DNA from: an uncultured Chloroflexia bacterium
Lineage (GTDB): Bacteria > Chloroflexota > Dehalococcoidia > Dehalococcoidales > Fen-1064
NCBI GenBank assembly: GCA_963754195.1
Contig: CAVWFD010000017.1
Span: 18,692 to 82,691, forward strand
DNA length: 64,000 nt
Direction of reading: 5' to 3'
The translations under genes were made by a program, and so were the position numbers. Below are positions 37,527 to 46,063 of this stretch, piece after piece (position 1 is the first letter of the stretch; each line of letters starts with the position of its first letter). A model generated the notes under the pieces. That model was not told the DNA's origin. It made no database searches and was given only the letters and a program-made list of their open reading frames with translations.

Positions 37527-38888
37527 ATGGAAAAAACAAGAACGGTTTACATCTGTCAGCAATGCGGTAAAGAAAGTCTGAAGTGGTTGGGGAAGTGTCC
37601 CAATTGCCAGGCGTGGAATAGTTTTTTAGAGCAAGTGGTGGCAGAAGCGCCCGTCCATGCCCGTCCGGTGAAAAGTAACGCCAAGCCCAGGGAATTATCG
37701 CAGCTAGCGGACGAAATATTTGAGCGATTTCCTGTCCCTATCAGCGAGTTAAATCGCGTGCTGGGTGGCGGGATTGTCCCCGGTTCTCTGATTCTGATCG
37801 GCGGCGAACCCGGTATCGGTAAATCGACATTGTTACTGCAGGCGTCCGCGCTGATTGCCAAAGTGCACGGCCGCGTGGTTTACGTTTCCGGAGAGGAAAC
37901 ACCCAATCAAATCAAACTCAGAGCCAAACGGTTGGGTATCAACGGAGATGGACTTTTTCTGCTGGCCGAGACAGATATCGATACGATTCTAAGCCATGTC
38001 GAAGAATTACAGCCGTCTTTACTCATCATCGACTCGATTCAAACTGTGCACACCCAGGAAGACGACGGCATTCCGGGCAGTATCACTCAAGTTCGGCAAT
38101 CTGCGCAAAGACTGATGGGTTGGGCGAAATCCAGCGGTGTACCCGTCTTTGTGACAGGTCATGTCACCAAGGAAGGCGCTATCGCCGGTCCGCGTGTATT
38201 GGAACACATCGTTGATGTGGTTTTATATCTGGAAGGCGAACAATTCAGCGCTTATCGTTTATTGAGATGCGTAAAAAACCGGTTCGGAAGCACCAATGAG
38301 ATTGGCGTATTCGAGATGAAGGAAAAAGGTCTGATTGAAGTGGAGAATCCTTCGCTGGCATTTCTCTCCCAGCGACAGGATGAGGCGGTTGGTTCGGTAG
38401 TGGTGCCTGTCATCGAGGGTTCCCGTCCGTTACTTGTGGAAATTCAGGCCTTGACTAATGCCACCAGTTTTGGCATGCCGCGGCGTACCGCCAACGGTGT
38501 GGATTTTAATCGGTTATTAATGGTTACAGCGGTGCTTAGTCGCAGGCTTGGTTTGCATCTGGGCAATCAGGATATTATGGTCAATGTGACCGGCGGGTTG
38601 AAAATCGATGAGCCGGCGGCGGATTTGGGAATTGCCTTGGCGATTGCCTCCAGTTTCCGTGATACCAGTGTCGACCGCGGATTGGCGGTTATCGGAGAAA
38701 TCGGTTTAAGCGGGGAACTGCGTGCTGTTCCCCAGTTAGATAGACGCGTTACCGAAGCGGCGCGGTTAGGCTTTAAACGCATTCTAACACCAAAAGCGGG
38801 CGGTAAAATCAGTCCCTTGCCCAAAGATATCGAAATTCTGGCGTTCAGCAGCCTGAGAGAGGCAGTGGAGAGAGGGTTGGGGAATTAG
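37527..38888 (+). CDS. radA: DNA repair protein RadA/Sms
   Basis: N-terminal CQQCG...CPNC zinc finger, Walker A GGEPGIGKSTL, KNRFG motif and a Lon-like C-terminal domain. Confidence 0.95.
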   Translation: MEKTRTVYICQQCGKESLKWLGKCPNCQAWNSFLEQVVAEAPVHARPVKSNAKPRELSQLADEIFERFPVPISELNRVLGGGIVPGSLILIGGEPGIGKSTLLLQASALIAKVHGRVVYVSGEETPNQIKLRAKRLGINGDGLFLLAETDIDTILSHVEELQPSLLIIDSIQTVHTQEDDGIPGSITQVRQSAQRLMGWAKSSGVPVFVTGHVTKEGAIAGPRVLEHIVDVVLYLEGEQFSAYRLLRCVKNRFGSTNEIGVFEMKEKGLIEVENPSLAFLSQRQDEAVGSVVVPVIEGSRPLLVEIQALTNATSFGMPRRTANGVDFNRLLMVTAVLSRRLGLHLGNQDIMVNVTGGLKIDEPAADLGIALAIASSFRDTSVDRGLAVIGEIGLSGELRAVPQLDRRVTEAARLGFKRILTPKAGGKISPLPKDIEILAFSSLREAVERGLGN

Positions 38889-38940
38889 GATAACGAGACG
38901 GGTAACAATTAACTCACAATTATAATAAAAAGCCGCAAGA

Positions 38941-38985
38941 TTTCACCCTCACCTTAATCCTCTCCCATCGAGGGAGAGGAAACTA
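38941..38985. repeat. Family-C hairpin repeat
   Basis: caccctcaccttaatcctctcccatcgagggagagg; compare 55118-55190. Confidence 0.5.
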
Positions 38986-38995
38986 AGCAACGGTA

Positions 38996-39334
38996 TTACT
39001 TTCCGCCGATATATTTAATAACGCGTACTTTTTCCATCGTTATTAAACCACCATGTACGGCTTGCTCTATTTGGGGCAATACCCGCTCAATGGTCTCTTG
39101 AGAATCTACTACCTCAATGATAATCGGCAGATCCTGACTCAGACGGAGAATATTGGCGGTGTGTGGATGACTATGCGCGCCATATCCGGTGATGCCACGG
39201 AGAACGGTTACCCCACTGATTTTCTCATGGCGTAACATTTCAACGATTGCCTGATAAGTCGGTTTGCCATCCTGCCTGTCCGATTCCCCGAGTAAGATAC
39301 GCAGCAGGACTTGTTCGCCACTCCGTTCCTTCAT
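38996..39334 (-). CDS. DUF190-family protein (commonly co-encoded with CrcB)
   Basis: 112-aa PII-like pattern LLRILLGESDR...GVTVLRGITGYG; 4-nt overlap with crcB. Confidence 0.75.
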   Translation of the reverse strand: MKERSGEQVLLRILLGESDRQDGKPTYQAIVEMLRHEKISGVTVLRGITGYGAHSHPHTANILRLSQDLPIIIEVVDSQETIERVLPQIEQAVHGGLITMEKVRVIKYIGGK

Positions 39335-39720
39335 GAGACACCTCCGAGATTAATTCTACCGAGCAATATCCCGAAAAATGTTGCAAGCAGACCGAGCCCT
39401 ACATTTGATACAACATTCATCAGCGCTGAAATCAATGCACCGTCTTCTAAAAACTTAACCGTTTCATAGCTAAACGTTGAGAAAGTCGTGAACGCTCCCA
39501 AAAATCCGATAGTGATAACGACACGAATATTAGCTGGTATTAAGTCCGTAGTTAATGCTATCTGCATAATGAACCCAATGATAAGACAACCTAGGACATT
39601 TATCAATAATGTTCCATAGGGAAAATTTGTTCCGGTGATTTGCTGCATTAATCCGCCTAAAGCATAACGGCTTAGTGTACCGAGCGCTCCGGCAATTGCA
39701 AGAAACAGTAGTTGCTGCAA
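39331..39720 (-). CDS. crcB: Fluoride ion channel CrcB/Fluc
   Basis: 129 aa, four TM helices, GALGTLSRY and GFLGAFTTFSTF motifs. Confidence 0.9.
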   Translation of the reverse strand: MQQLLFLAIAGALGTLSRYALGGLMQQITGTNFPYGTLLINVLGCLIIGFIMQIALTTDLIPANIRVVITIGFLGAFTTFSTFSYETVKFLEDGALISALMNVVSNVGLGLLATFFGILLGRINLGGVS

Positions 39721-39740
39721 GAAAAACCTCCATAAAAATA

Positions 39741-39828
39741 GCTTCTACCAGATCATTCTGGTAGAAGCTATCAGTCGTTTTAAGACGGTTTCAGTATGTT
39801 AGACTAAGAGGACGAGCTTCATCACCTT
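39741..39828 (-). promoter_or_regulatory. Fluoride (crcB-motif) riboswitch with terminator expression platform
   Basis: The minus strand reads AGGUGAUGAAGCUCGUCCU...AAACCGUCUUAAAACGACUGAUAGCUUCUACC. The pseudoknot pair GAAGCU/AGCUUC is intact, and the 3' strand is shared with the hairpin GCUUCUACCAG-AAUGAU-CUGGUAGAAGC plus a U-run. Confidence 0.6.
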
Positions 39829-39901
39829 AAATTAACTCTATCATGTGGGCGTCAATGGGTGCAATAATTGTTAGTTGATTTCCGTTTTATACCTTTAAAG
39901 G

Positions 39902-40345
39902 TTAACTCTCTCTCAATCTCTCCCTGGGAGGGAGAGAGGAATGCATTTTCTTCTCCCAACTGGCGGTGGCATAACTTTTAATTCCGCCGCGTTCCCGATA
40001 CTCCGCATCAACGGTAATGGAGAGTGGTTTCACCAGTTTTACTAAATCTTTGAGAATCCGGTTGACGGCGTGTTCCTGAATAATACCCACATTACGGTAA
40101 GAAGTCAGGTAGTATTTTAGTGATTTTAACTCAATCAGCGATTTATTGGGGACATAGCTGATGATCAGCAATCCGAAGTCGGGCAGGCCGGTCCAGGGGC
40201 AGACACAGGTGAATTCCTCCGTCTCATATACCACTTCGGTATCGGAGCCGGCGTAGTCGAAAGGAATTGTCTCCAGCACTGACACGTCAATATCGCTTTC
40301 TTTCTGAATATCAAATCTTTTTTCCGAATATTTATCTTTTTCCAT
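39902..40345 (-). CDS. queF: NADPH-dependent 7-cyano-7-deazaguanine reductase (type I QueF)
   Basis: EFTCVCPWTGLPDFG active-site Cys segment and QEHAVNRI. Start taken at MEKDKY (40345). The last ~14 codons run through a family-C repeat. Confidence 0.85.
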   Translation of the reverse strand: MEKDKYSEKRFDIQKESDIDVSVLETIPFDYAGSDTEVVYETEEFTCVCPWTGLPDFGLLIISYVPNKSLIELKSLKYYLTSYRNVGIIQEHAVNRILKDLVKLVKPLSITVDAEYRERGGIKSYATASWEKKMHSSLPPRERLRES

Positions 40346-40432
40346 AGCAACAGCATACCTCAAGAAATATTCAGGAATCAAGTAACACTGCATTAGCTAA
40401 AGCTAAGTACCCTGTAATCAATATAATAGTGC

Positions 40433-40476
40433 TTGCTTAAAAATAGCAGCTATGCCATAATTAAGTTAGCTTAATA
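40433..40476 (+). promoter_or_regulatory. Candidate promoter plus DtxR/MntR-type palindromic operator upstream of dtxR-feoA-feoB
   Basis: TTGCTT-17 nt-CATAAT overlapping TAATTAAG-TTAG-CTTAATAC. A 30-nt block is near-identical to 43480-43509. Confidence 0.45.
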
Positions 40477-40488
40477 CAGGAGGTTGAG

Positions 40489-41400
40489 ATGGATAGCGAA
40501 AGAACCGAAGAATACCTGGAAGCGATATATAAAGAGCAAAGCAAGGGAGATTCAGCCTCGACTTCTTTTTTAGCACGAGATCTGGGAGTATCACAACCCG
40601 CCGTTACCGATATGCTGAAAAATCTTGGAAGCAGGGGGTTGATTGACTATGCATCAAATAAAGGCGCTACACTCACCGATATCGGCGTGGAGAAAGCATT
40701 GGGAGTAATACGACGCCATCGTTTATGGGAGAGATTTCTAACCGATGTCCTCGGTATGAAATGGGACAAGGTACATGAGGTTGCCTGTAAGCTGGAACAC
40801 CTCGATGTCCCGGAAGTTGAAGAAAGATTAGCGGTTATTCTCGGCGATACTAATACCTGTCCTCACGGGCATTCTATTCCCGACAAACAAGGCAATATTA
40901 AGCAGGAAAAAGCCGTGCCGCTGTCAAGATTCCATGCGTTGCAGCGGGTGAATATTGTGGCTATTGAAGAGGGCGATTCCAGATTACTCGGGGCGATAGA
41001 ACGAAAAGGTCTAAAGCCACAAGTTGTAGTGAAAATACTAAAGAAGTATGAGGATGGTTCTCTGGAATTAGAAGCAGGTAAGAAAAAACTACGGATAAAC
41101 GCCGATCTAGCCACCGTACTTCTGGCAGAGCCAGCTTCTTTACATAAACCAGATGCTGTTAAAGAGGGAACACCTCTAAGTAAACTTGTTGCCGGAAAAT
41201 CTGGAATATTACAAGAATATACGGGAGAGCGGAGTCTACTGGGGCGCTGTCTTTCTCTGGGTTTTACACCCGGCAGCGTGGTGAAAATGCTGGAGAACTA
41301 CAACAGTGGTCCAGTTTTAGTCAGGGTGCATGATACGGAAATAGCTTTGGGGAGGGATCTGGCTGACCACATTACCGTTACCCCGAATGGATCGGTATGA
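40489..41400 (+). CDS. DtxR/MntR-family metal-dependent repressor fused to an extra C-terminal FeoA domain
   Basis: N-terminal wHTH (YLEAIYK...ARDLGVSQPAVTDMLKNL), metal-binding/dimerisation region (HRLWERFL...CPHG), then two SH3/FeoA-like segments. ATGA overlap with feoB. Confidence 0.85.
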   Translation: MDSERTEEYLEAIYKEQSKGDSASTSFLARDLGVSQPAVTDMLKNLGSRGLIDYASNKGATLTDIGVEKALGVIRRHRLWERFLTDVLGMKWDKVHEVACKLEHLDVPEVEERLAVILGDTNTCPHGHSIPDKQGNIKQEKAVPLSRFHALQRVNIVAIEEGDSRLLGAIERKGLKPQVVVKILKKYEDGSLELEAGKKKLRINADLATVLLAEPASLHKPDAVKEGTPLSKLVAGKSGILQEYTGERSLLGRCLSLGFTPGSVVKMLENYNSGPVLVRVHDTEIALGRDLADHITVTPNGSV

Positions 41401-43394
41401 TCGAAAAAGTCAACGGAAAGAAAATCACAGTAGCTCTCGCCGGAGCTCCTAATGTAGGTAAAAGCACCGTATTCAATCTTTTAACCGGGCTTTCACAGCA
41501 CGTGGGTAACTGGCCGGGGAAAACAGTTGAGCAAAAGACCGGAGTAGTGCGTCGCGGTAATTTAACAATGAATATTGTTGATTTGCCCGGCACCTACAGT
41601 CTCACGGCTAATTCCGCTGAAGAGCAAATTGCCCGTGACTATCTGGTGAAGGAAAATCCGGACATCGTAGTGGCCGTGCTTAACGCCGCCAGTTTGGAAC
41701 GGAATTTGTATCTTGTCGCAGAATTGATCGAGCTCTCGCCGCGTCTCATCATCGCGCTCAATATGATGGATGTTGCCCAACAACAGGGTAAAAAGATCGA
41801 CGATAAATCATTGGCAAAAGGTTTAAACATTCCTGTAATCCCTATCGCCGCCAGTAAGAACCAGGGAATCGATGAACTATTAAACGTAATCGAACGGGAA
41901 TATAAACAGCCGCTCGGTTCACGTGAAGTAAAACATATCGAGTACGGCAGCGAGATATTAAAAGTAATAGACCATGTAGAGCAACTGCTAGATGAATCAA
42001 TGACGGCGCCTTATCCGAAACATTGGACCGCTATGAAATTACTCGAAGGCGATACGCAGATTCATAAAATGGTCATGGAACGGGCGACCGCCAGTCAAGC
42101 ATCTGAACTCGATACTTATCTCAGAGTGAATGAATCCGCGGCGGTGACCATCGCTACTCTCCGCTACGGATGGGTCGAGAGAATGATGGCCACGACACAG
42201 GAAAAGCCGCCACTGGGCAGAGTGTCACTGACAGAAAGAATCGACCGGGCGGCAACTCATCCTATAACAGGTTTATTAGTTCTTTTATTGGTTTTCGGTC
42301 TCATTTTTGGAATTGTTTACAGCATCGGCATTCCAATACAAAAGTTTCTGGAAGTGCATTTAGTCGAGAGCGGTAAAACGTTTGTGAATTCGAGTCTCCC
42401 TAATGTACCATCCTGGGTGAGAAGTCTGTTAGGGAACGGAATATTAAGTGGTGTGGGTACTGTCTTGACGTTTATCCCAATATTGATATTGTTTTTTGCG
42501 GCGTGGGCATTTATGGAGGACGTCGGCTATACTGCCCGGGCCGCTTTTGTCACTGACCGGTTTATGCACGCACTCGGTCTGCACGGTAAATCAGTTTTAC
42601 CGCTGGTATTAGGATTCGGTTGCAATGTCCCGGCAATTCTGGGCACACGCATCATAGATTCGCCGAGGTCACGCCTTTTAACTATCATCGTTGCCCCGTT
42701 GGTGCCCTGCACCGGCAGGATGGCGGTCATCACCCTGATTGCAGCAGCTTTCTTCGGCAGTGCGGCAATATTCGTATCGATTGGGATAGTAATATTCAGC
42801 CTGATTATGCTGATTATCACAGGATTGATTATGAACCGGTTTGTCGTTGGCGGGGAAGACAGTGCCTTGCTCATGGAGTTACCGTTGTATCATTTACCGA
42901 ATCCGCGAATCATCGGACTGGTCACCTGGCAAAACACAATGGCATTCATCAAGCGCGCCGGGACGATTATTCTGGCGGTTTCTCTGGTTATCTGGCTATT
43001 AGCGACGGTTCCTCATGGGGACATCAACACCAGTATCCTGGCAGATATCGGGAGATTTTTAGAGCCTATAGGCAAATTGATGGGATTCAACTGGCAGGTG
43101 ATGGTAGCACTTTTATCCAGCTTCATTGCCAAGGAGAACACTATTGCTACTCTGGGGACGCTTTTAGGCGGGCAGGGGGCAGGACTCGCAGCTCAATTAA
43201 AGACTGTGTTGCTACCTGCCTCGGCGCTGGCTTTTTTGGTAGTCCAGGTTCTTTTTATTCCCTGTATCGCTACGGTGGCGGCAATCCGTCAGGAAACCAA
43301 GTCCTGGCGCTGGCCTGTTTTTACCATAGTCTATCAATTAATACTTTCTTTCTCAATCGGAATACTGGTATTTCAGATAGGACGTTTGTTATGA
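41397..43394 (+). CDS. feoB: Ferrous iron transporter FeoB
   Basis: G-domain GAPNVGKSTVFN, DLPGTYS and NMMD, followed by a polytopic membrane domain. Confidence 0.95.
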   Translation: MIEKVNGKKITVALAGAPNVGKSTVFNLLTGLSQHVGNWPGKTVEQKTGVVRRGNLTMNIVDLPGTYSLTANSAEEQIARDYLVKENPDIVVAVLNAASLERNLYLVAELIELSPRLIIALNMMDVAQQQGKKIDDKSLAKGLNIPVIPIAASKNQGIDELLNVIEREYKQPLGSREVKHIEYGSEILKVIDHVEQLLDESMTAPYPKHWTAMKLLEGDTQIHKMVMERATASQASELDTYLRVNESAAVTIATLRYGWVERMMATTQEKPPLGRVSLTERIDRAATHPITGLLVLLLVFGLIFGIVYSIGIPIQKFLEVHLVESGKTFVNSSLPNVPSWVRSLLGNGILSGVGTVLTFIPILILFFAAWAFMEDVGYTARAAFVTDRFMHALGLHGKSVLPLVLGFGCNVPAILGTRIIDSPRSRLLTIIVAPLVPCTGRMAVITLIAAAFFGSAAIFVSIGIVIFSLIMLIITGLIMNRFVVGGEDSALLMELPLYHLPNPRIIGLVTWQNTMAFIKRAGTIILAVSLVIWLLATVPHGDINTSILADIGRFLEPIGKLMGFNWQVMVALLSSFIAKENTIATLGTLLGGQGAGLAAQLKTVLLPASALAFLVVQVLFIPCIATVAAIRQETKSWRWPVFTIVYQLILSFSIGILVFQIGRLL

Positions 43395-43463
43395 ATTGTG
43401 ATGGAGATCAAAAAACCGGCAATCAAGATAGAGAAGCTATAAGGAAGTTGGTAAAAATATCTC

Positions 43464-43509
43464 TTGACAAAGAAATTGTAGCTATGCAATAATTAAGTCA
43501 GCTTAATTA
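43464..43509 (+). promoter_or_regulatory. Second copy of the promoter/operator block, upstream of the MFS transporter
   Basis: TTGACA-17/18 nt-(C)AATAAT overlapping TAATTAAG-TCAG-CTTAATTA. agctatgcaataattaagtcagcttaatta matches 40448-40476. Confidence 0.45.
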
Positions 43510-43634
43510 AACTGACTTAATTATTATCAGCTCTATAGCATGCAATCCAAGATTTTAAATAAATTTATTGGCATTCAAAAATCGTAGTATAGTGTAAATA
43601 AGAATCAGAATTTGACACAACCAAGGAGGATTTC

Positions 43635-45206
43635 GTGATCGAACAAACTACATCGCTATACAAGAGACGTTGGTTCGCGCTGGGCTTTATCGCATTTTCC
43701 CTGATAGTCATTGCACTGGACAACACTGTTTTGAACCTGGCGCTACCTTCCATCTCGCGAGACTTGGGAGCAACCTTGAACGGTCTGCAGTGGATTGTCG
43801 ATGCCTATACACTGGTATTTGCGGCGTTATTGTTAACCATGGGTTCGATTGGCGACCGGTTCGGCAGGAAAAAGATTCTGCAGGGCGGTTTAATTGTCTT
43901 CGGTCTTTTTTCTCTCGGAGCAGCTTTGTCTAGGAATACAGAGACGTTAATTACGATGCGCGCTTTAATGGGTATCGGCGGGGCGACAATCATGCCTTGT
44001 ACATTATCGATTATAACAGCTACCTTCCGCGATCCAAAAGAACGTGCACAAGCTATTGCCGTCTGGGCAGCTACTTTTTCGCTGGGTATGGGAATCGGAC
44101 CGCTGGTGGGAGGTTGGCTATTGACACACTTCACTTGGAGTTCTGTTTTCTACATCAACCTGCCGGTCGTAGTCATCGCCGTAGTGGGCGGGTATTTCTT
44201 TATTCAAGACTCGAAGGCTGAGCATCCGCGCCGGATAGATATCCCGGGATGCATACTATCCTTAACCGGTTTCTTTGCCCTGGTTTATGGAATTATCCAG
44301 GCGGGGATCAGCGGTTGGACAGCGCATAATGTTTTATACGCTTTCGCCGCGGCTGTGGTTTTACTTGCAGCTTTTATTTACTGGGAACTTCATACCACCC
44401 ACGCCATGCTACCGTTAAGATTTTTCAAGAACATGTCTTTTACCGGGGCAAATGTGGCATTAACGCTGGTGACATTCTCCATGTTCGGTTGTTTCTTCTT
44501 CCTGAGCCAGTATCTGCAGTCTGTTCATGGCTATAGCCCGCTCCAAGCAGGCGTCCGCTTATTACCGATGGCATTTGCGGCGTTTATCGGAGCTATATCC
44601 TCGGCATGGATCGCCCAGAAAATCGGCACTAAAATCACGGTGGCATTAGGTATTCTTATCGCTGCCGGCGGTATGTATTATTTCTATCGTATAGCAGCCG
44701 TCGATACAAAATATCTCAATATTGCGATTGGTATGATTATTACAGCACTGGGAATGGGCGTCACGATGAGCCCGGCGACAAACTCTATAATGGGGTCGAT
44801 CCCGGTTGACGAAGCGGGAGTCGGTTTAGCCATGAACGATACTAACCGTCAGATAGGAGGCGCATTGGGAGTGGCGGTATTAGGTACTCTTTTAAATTCT
44901 GCCTATGCCTTACAAATTGATAAAATCACCTGGCCGATTCCGCTTCCATCACAAGCATTGACGACAATTCGAGGCAGTATACAGGGGGCCCAAATCGTCG
45001 CCGCTACTGCGCAGAAACAGAGCCCCGCGCTGGCGCAATTCATCGCGGGGAAAGCTGATGAAGCGTTTACTTACGGCATGGCCCATGCACTACTGGTGGC
45101 GGCCATCATCATGGCGGTTACGGGTGTTTTGGCATTGATTATTGTACCGACGAAAGTGCGTCCTTATAGTGAGCCAATTAAAGTTCCGCCATCAGGAAAG
45201 AAATAA
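43635..45206 (+). CDS. MFS transporter, 14-TM drug:H+ antiporter (DHA2/EmrB-QacA-like)
   Basis: LDNTVLNLALPSI, GSIGDRFGRKK (motif A) and 14 predicted helices; GTG start after AAGGAGG. Confidence 0.85.
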   Translation: MIEQTTSLYKRRWFALGFIAFSLIVIALDNTVLNLALPSISRDLGATLNGLQWIVDAYTLVFAALLLTMGSIGDRFGRKKILQGGLIVFGLFSLGAALSRNTETLITMRALMGIGGATIMPCTLSIITATFRDPKERAQAIAVWAATFSLGMGIGPLVGGWLLTHFTWSSVFYINLPVVVIAVVGGYFFIQDSKAEHPRRIDIPGCILSLTGFFALVYGIIQAGISGWTAHNVLYAFAAAVVLLAAFIYWELHTTHAMLPLRFFKNMSFTGANVALTLVTFSMFGCFFFLSQYLQSVHGYSPLQAGVRLLPMAFAAFIGAISSAWIAQKIGTKITVALGILIAAGGMYYFYRIAAVDTKYLNIAIGMIITALGMGVTMSPATNSIMGSIPVDEAGVGLAMNDTNRQIGGALGVAVLGTLLNSAYALQIDKITWPIPLPSQALTTIRGSIQGAQIVAATAQKQSPALAQFIAGKADEAFTYGMAHALLVAAIIMAVTGVLALIIVPTKVRPYSEPIKVPPSGKK

Positions 45207-45219
45207 AGACCTTTTTACA

Positions 45220-45249
45220 AAAGAGGGAGGGTGAAAACCCTCCCTCTTT
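45220..45249 (+). terminator. Hairpin terminator after the MFS gene
   Basis: aaagagggagggt-gaaa-accctccctcttt followed by ATTT. Confidence 0.5.
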
Positions 45250-45300
45250 ATTTGATTGGATACCGGCTTTCGCCGGTATCGACTGGCAGTTTACGATTCA

Positions 45301-46050
45301 TTATTCCCAACGGAAGAACTTGATCGACACGACCAGACAGGCTACAATCCACCCCGCCATAATCAGTAGTTTCAGCCAGATGTCTCCTATACCGGCCCCG
45401 TTATACACTACAGCACGCAGGGCATCACCCATTTGGGTGGACGGTAAAACCTTGGCGGCATTCCCCAGCCAGTGGGGTAACAGGCTATTAGGAAAGAAGA
45501 TGCCGCCTAAAAACATCAAAGAGAAATATGCTATCTGGTTTATTGGCGTAGCGCTGCGTACTGTTTTAATCAAACCACTGAGGGCAAAGCCGATACTCAT
45601 AAAACAGAGTGCGCCGATTGATAGAGTCAGCCAGAACAGGAACAGGTTGCCCGTGAGGTGAGTTTTAAAAGCTATCCCGCCGATAGCTACCAACAGCAGC
45701 GTTTGCACAATAATGACAATATAGTGCTGTAAAATCTGACTGCCAAGTAGTGTTGTTCTCTTTAATGGCGTCAGGGCAAGGCGACGGTATACTCCCTGCT
45801 CGCGCTCCTGTACAAAACCGGTGGATGTGCGCATAATGCCGGTGACCATGGCTCCCATGACGATAATACCGGGCAAAAGATAATCGATGGCGCGTATATC
45901 TATACCGGTGATGGTCCATTTGGTATTACCGTAAATAGCGCCAAAAAGCAATATGAACAGAATGGGGAAAGCCAGCGTCCAGAAAAGTTCATCTTTTCTT
46001 CTCAGAAATAGCCTCATTTGTATAGTAGTTTGTTTGATCAACGTATTCAT
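45301..46050 (-). CDS. ABC-2 type exporter permease
   Basis: Six-TM ABC-2 pattern. Start taken at MNTLIKQ (46050), after AAAGGA and the ATPase stop. Confidence 0.8.
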   Translation of the reverse strand: MNTLIKQTTIQMRLFLRRKDELFWTLAFPILFILLFGAIYGNTKWTITGIDIRAIDYLLPGIIVMGAMVTGIMRTSTGFVQEREQGVYRRLALTPLKRTTLLGSQILQHYIVIIVQTLLLVAIGGIAFKTHLTGNLFLFWLTLSIGALCFMSIGFALSGLIKTVRSATPINQIAYFSLMFLGGIFFPNSLLPHWLGNAAKVLPSTQMGDALRAVVYNGAGIGDIWLKLLIMAGWIVACLVVSIKFFRWE

Positions 46051-46063
46051 TATTATTCCTTTT

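Noticed and set aside
42620-43492. A 290-aa + ORF in an alternative frame of feoB.
   Set aside because: It lies almost entirely within the well-supported feoB frame (running ~100 nt past its stop). It has an Arg/Gly/His-rich unnatural composition and no RBS.
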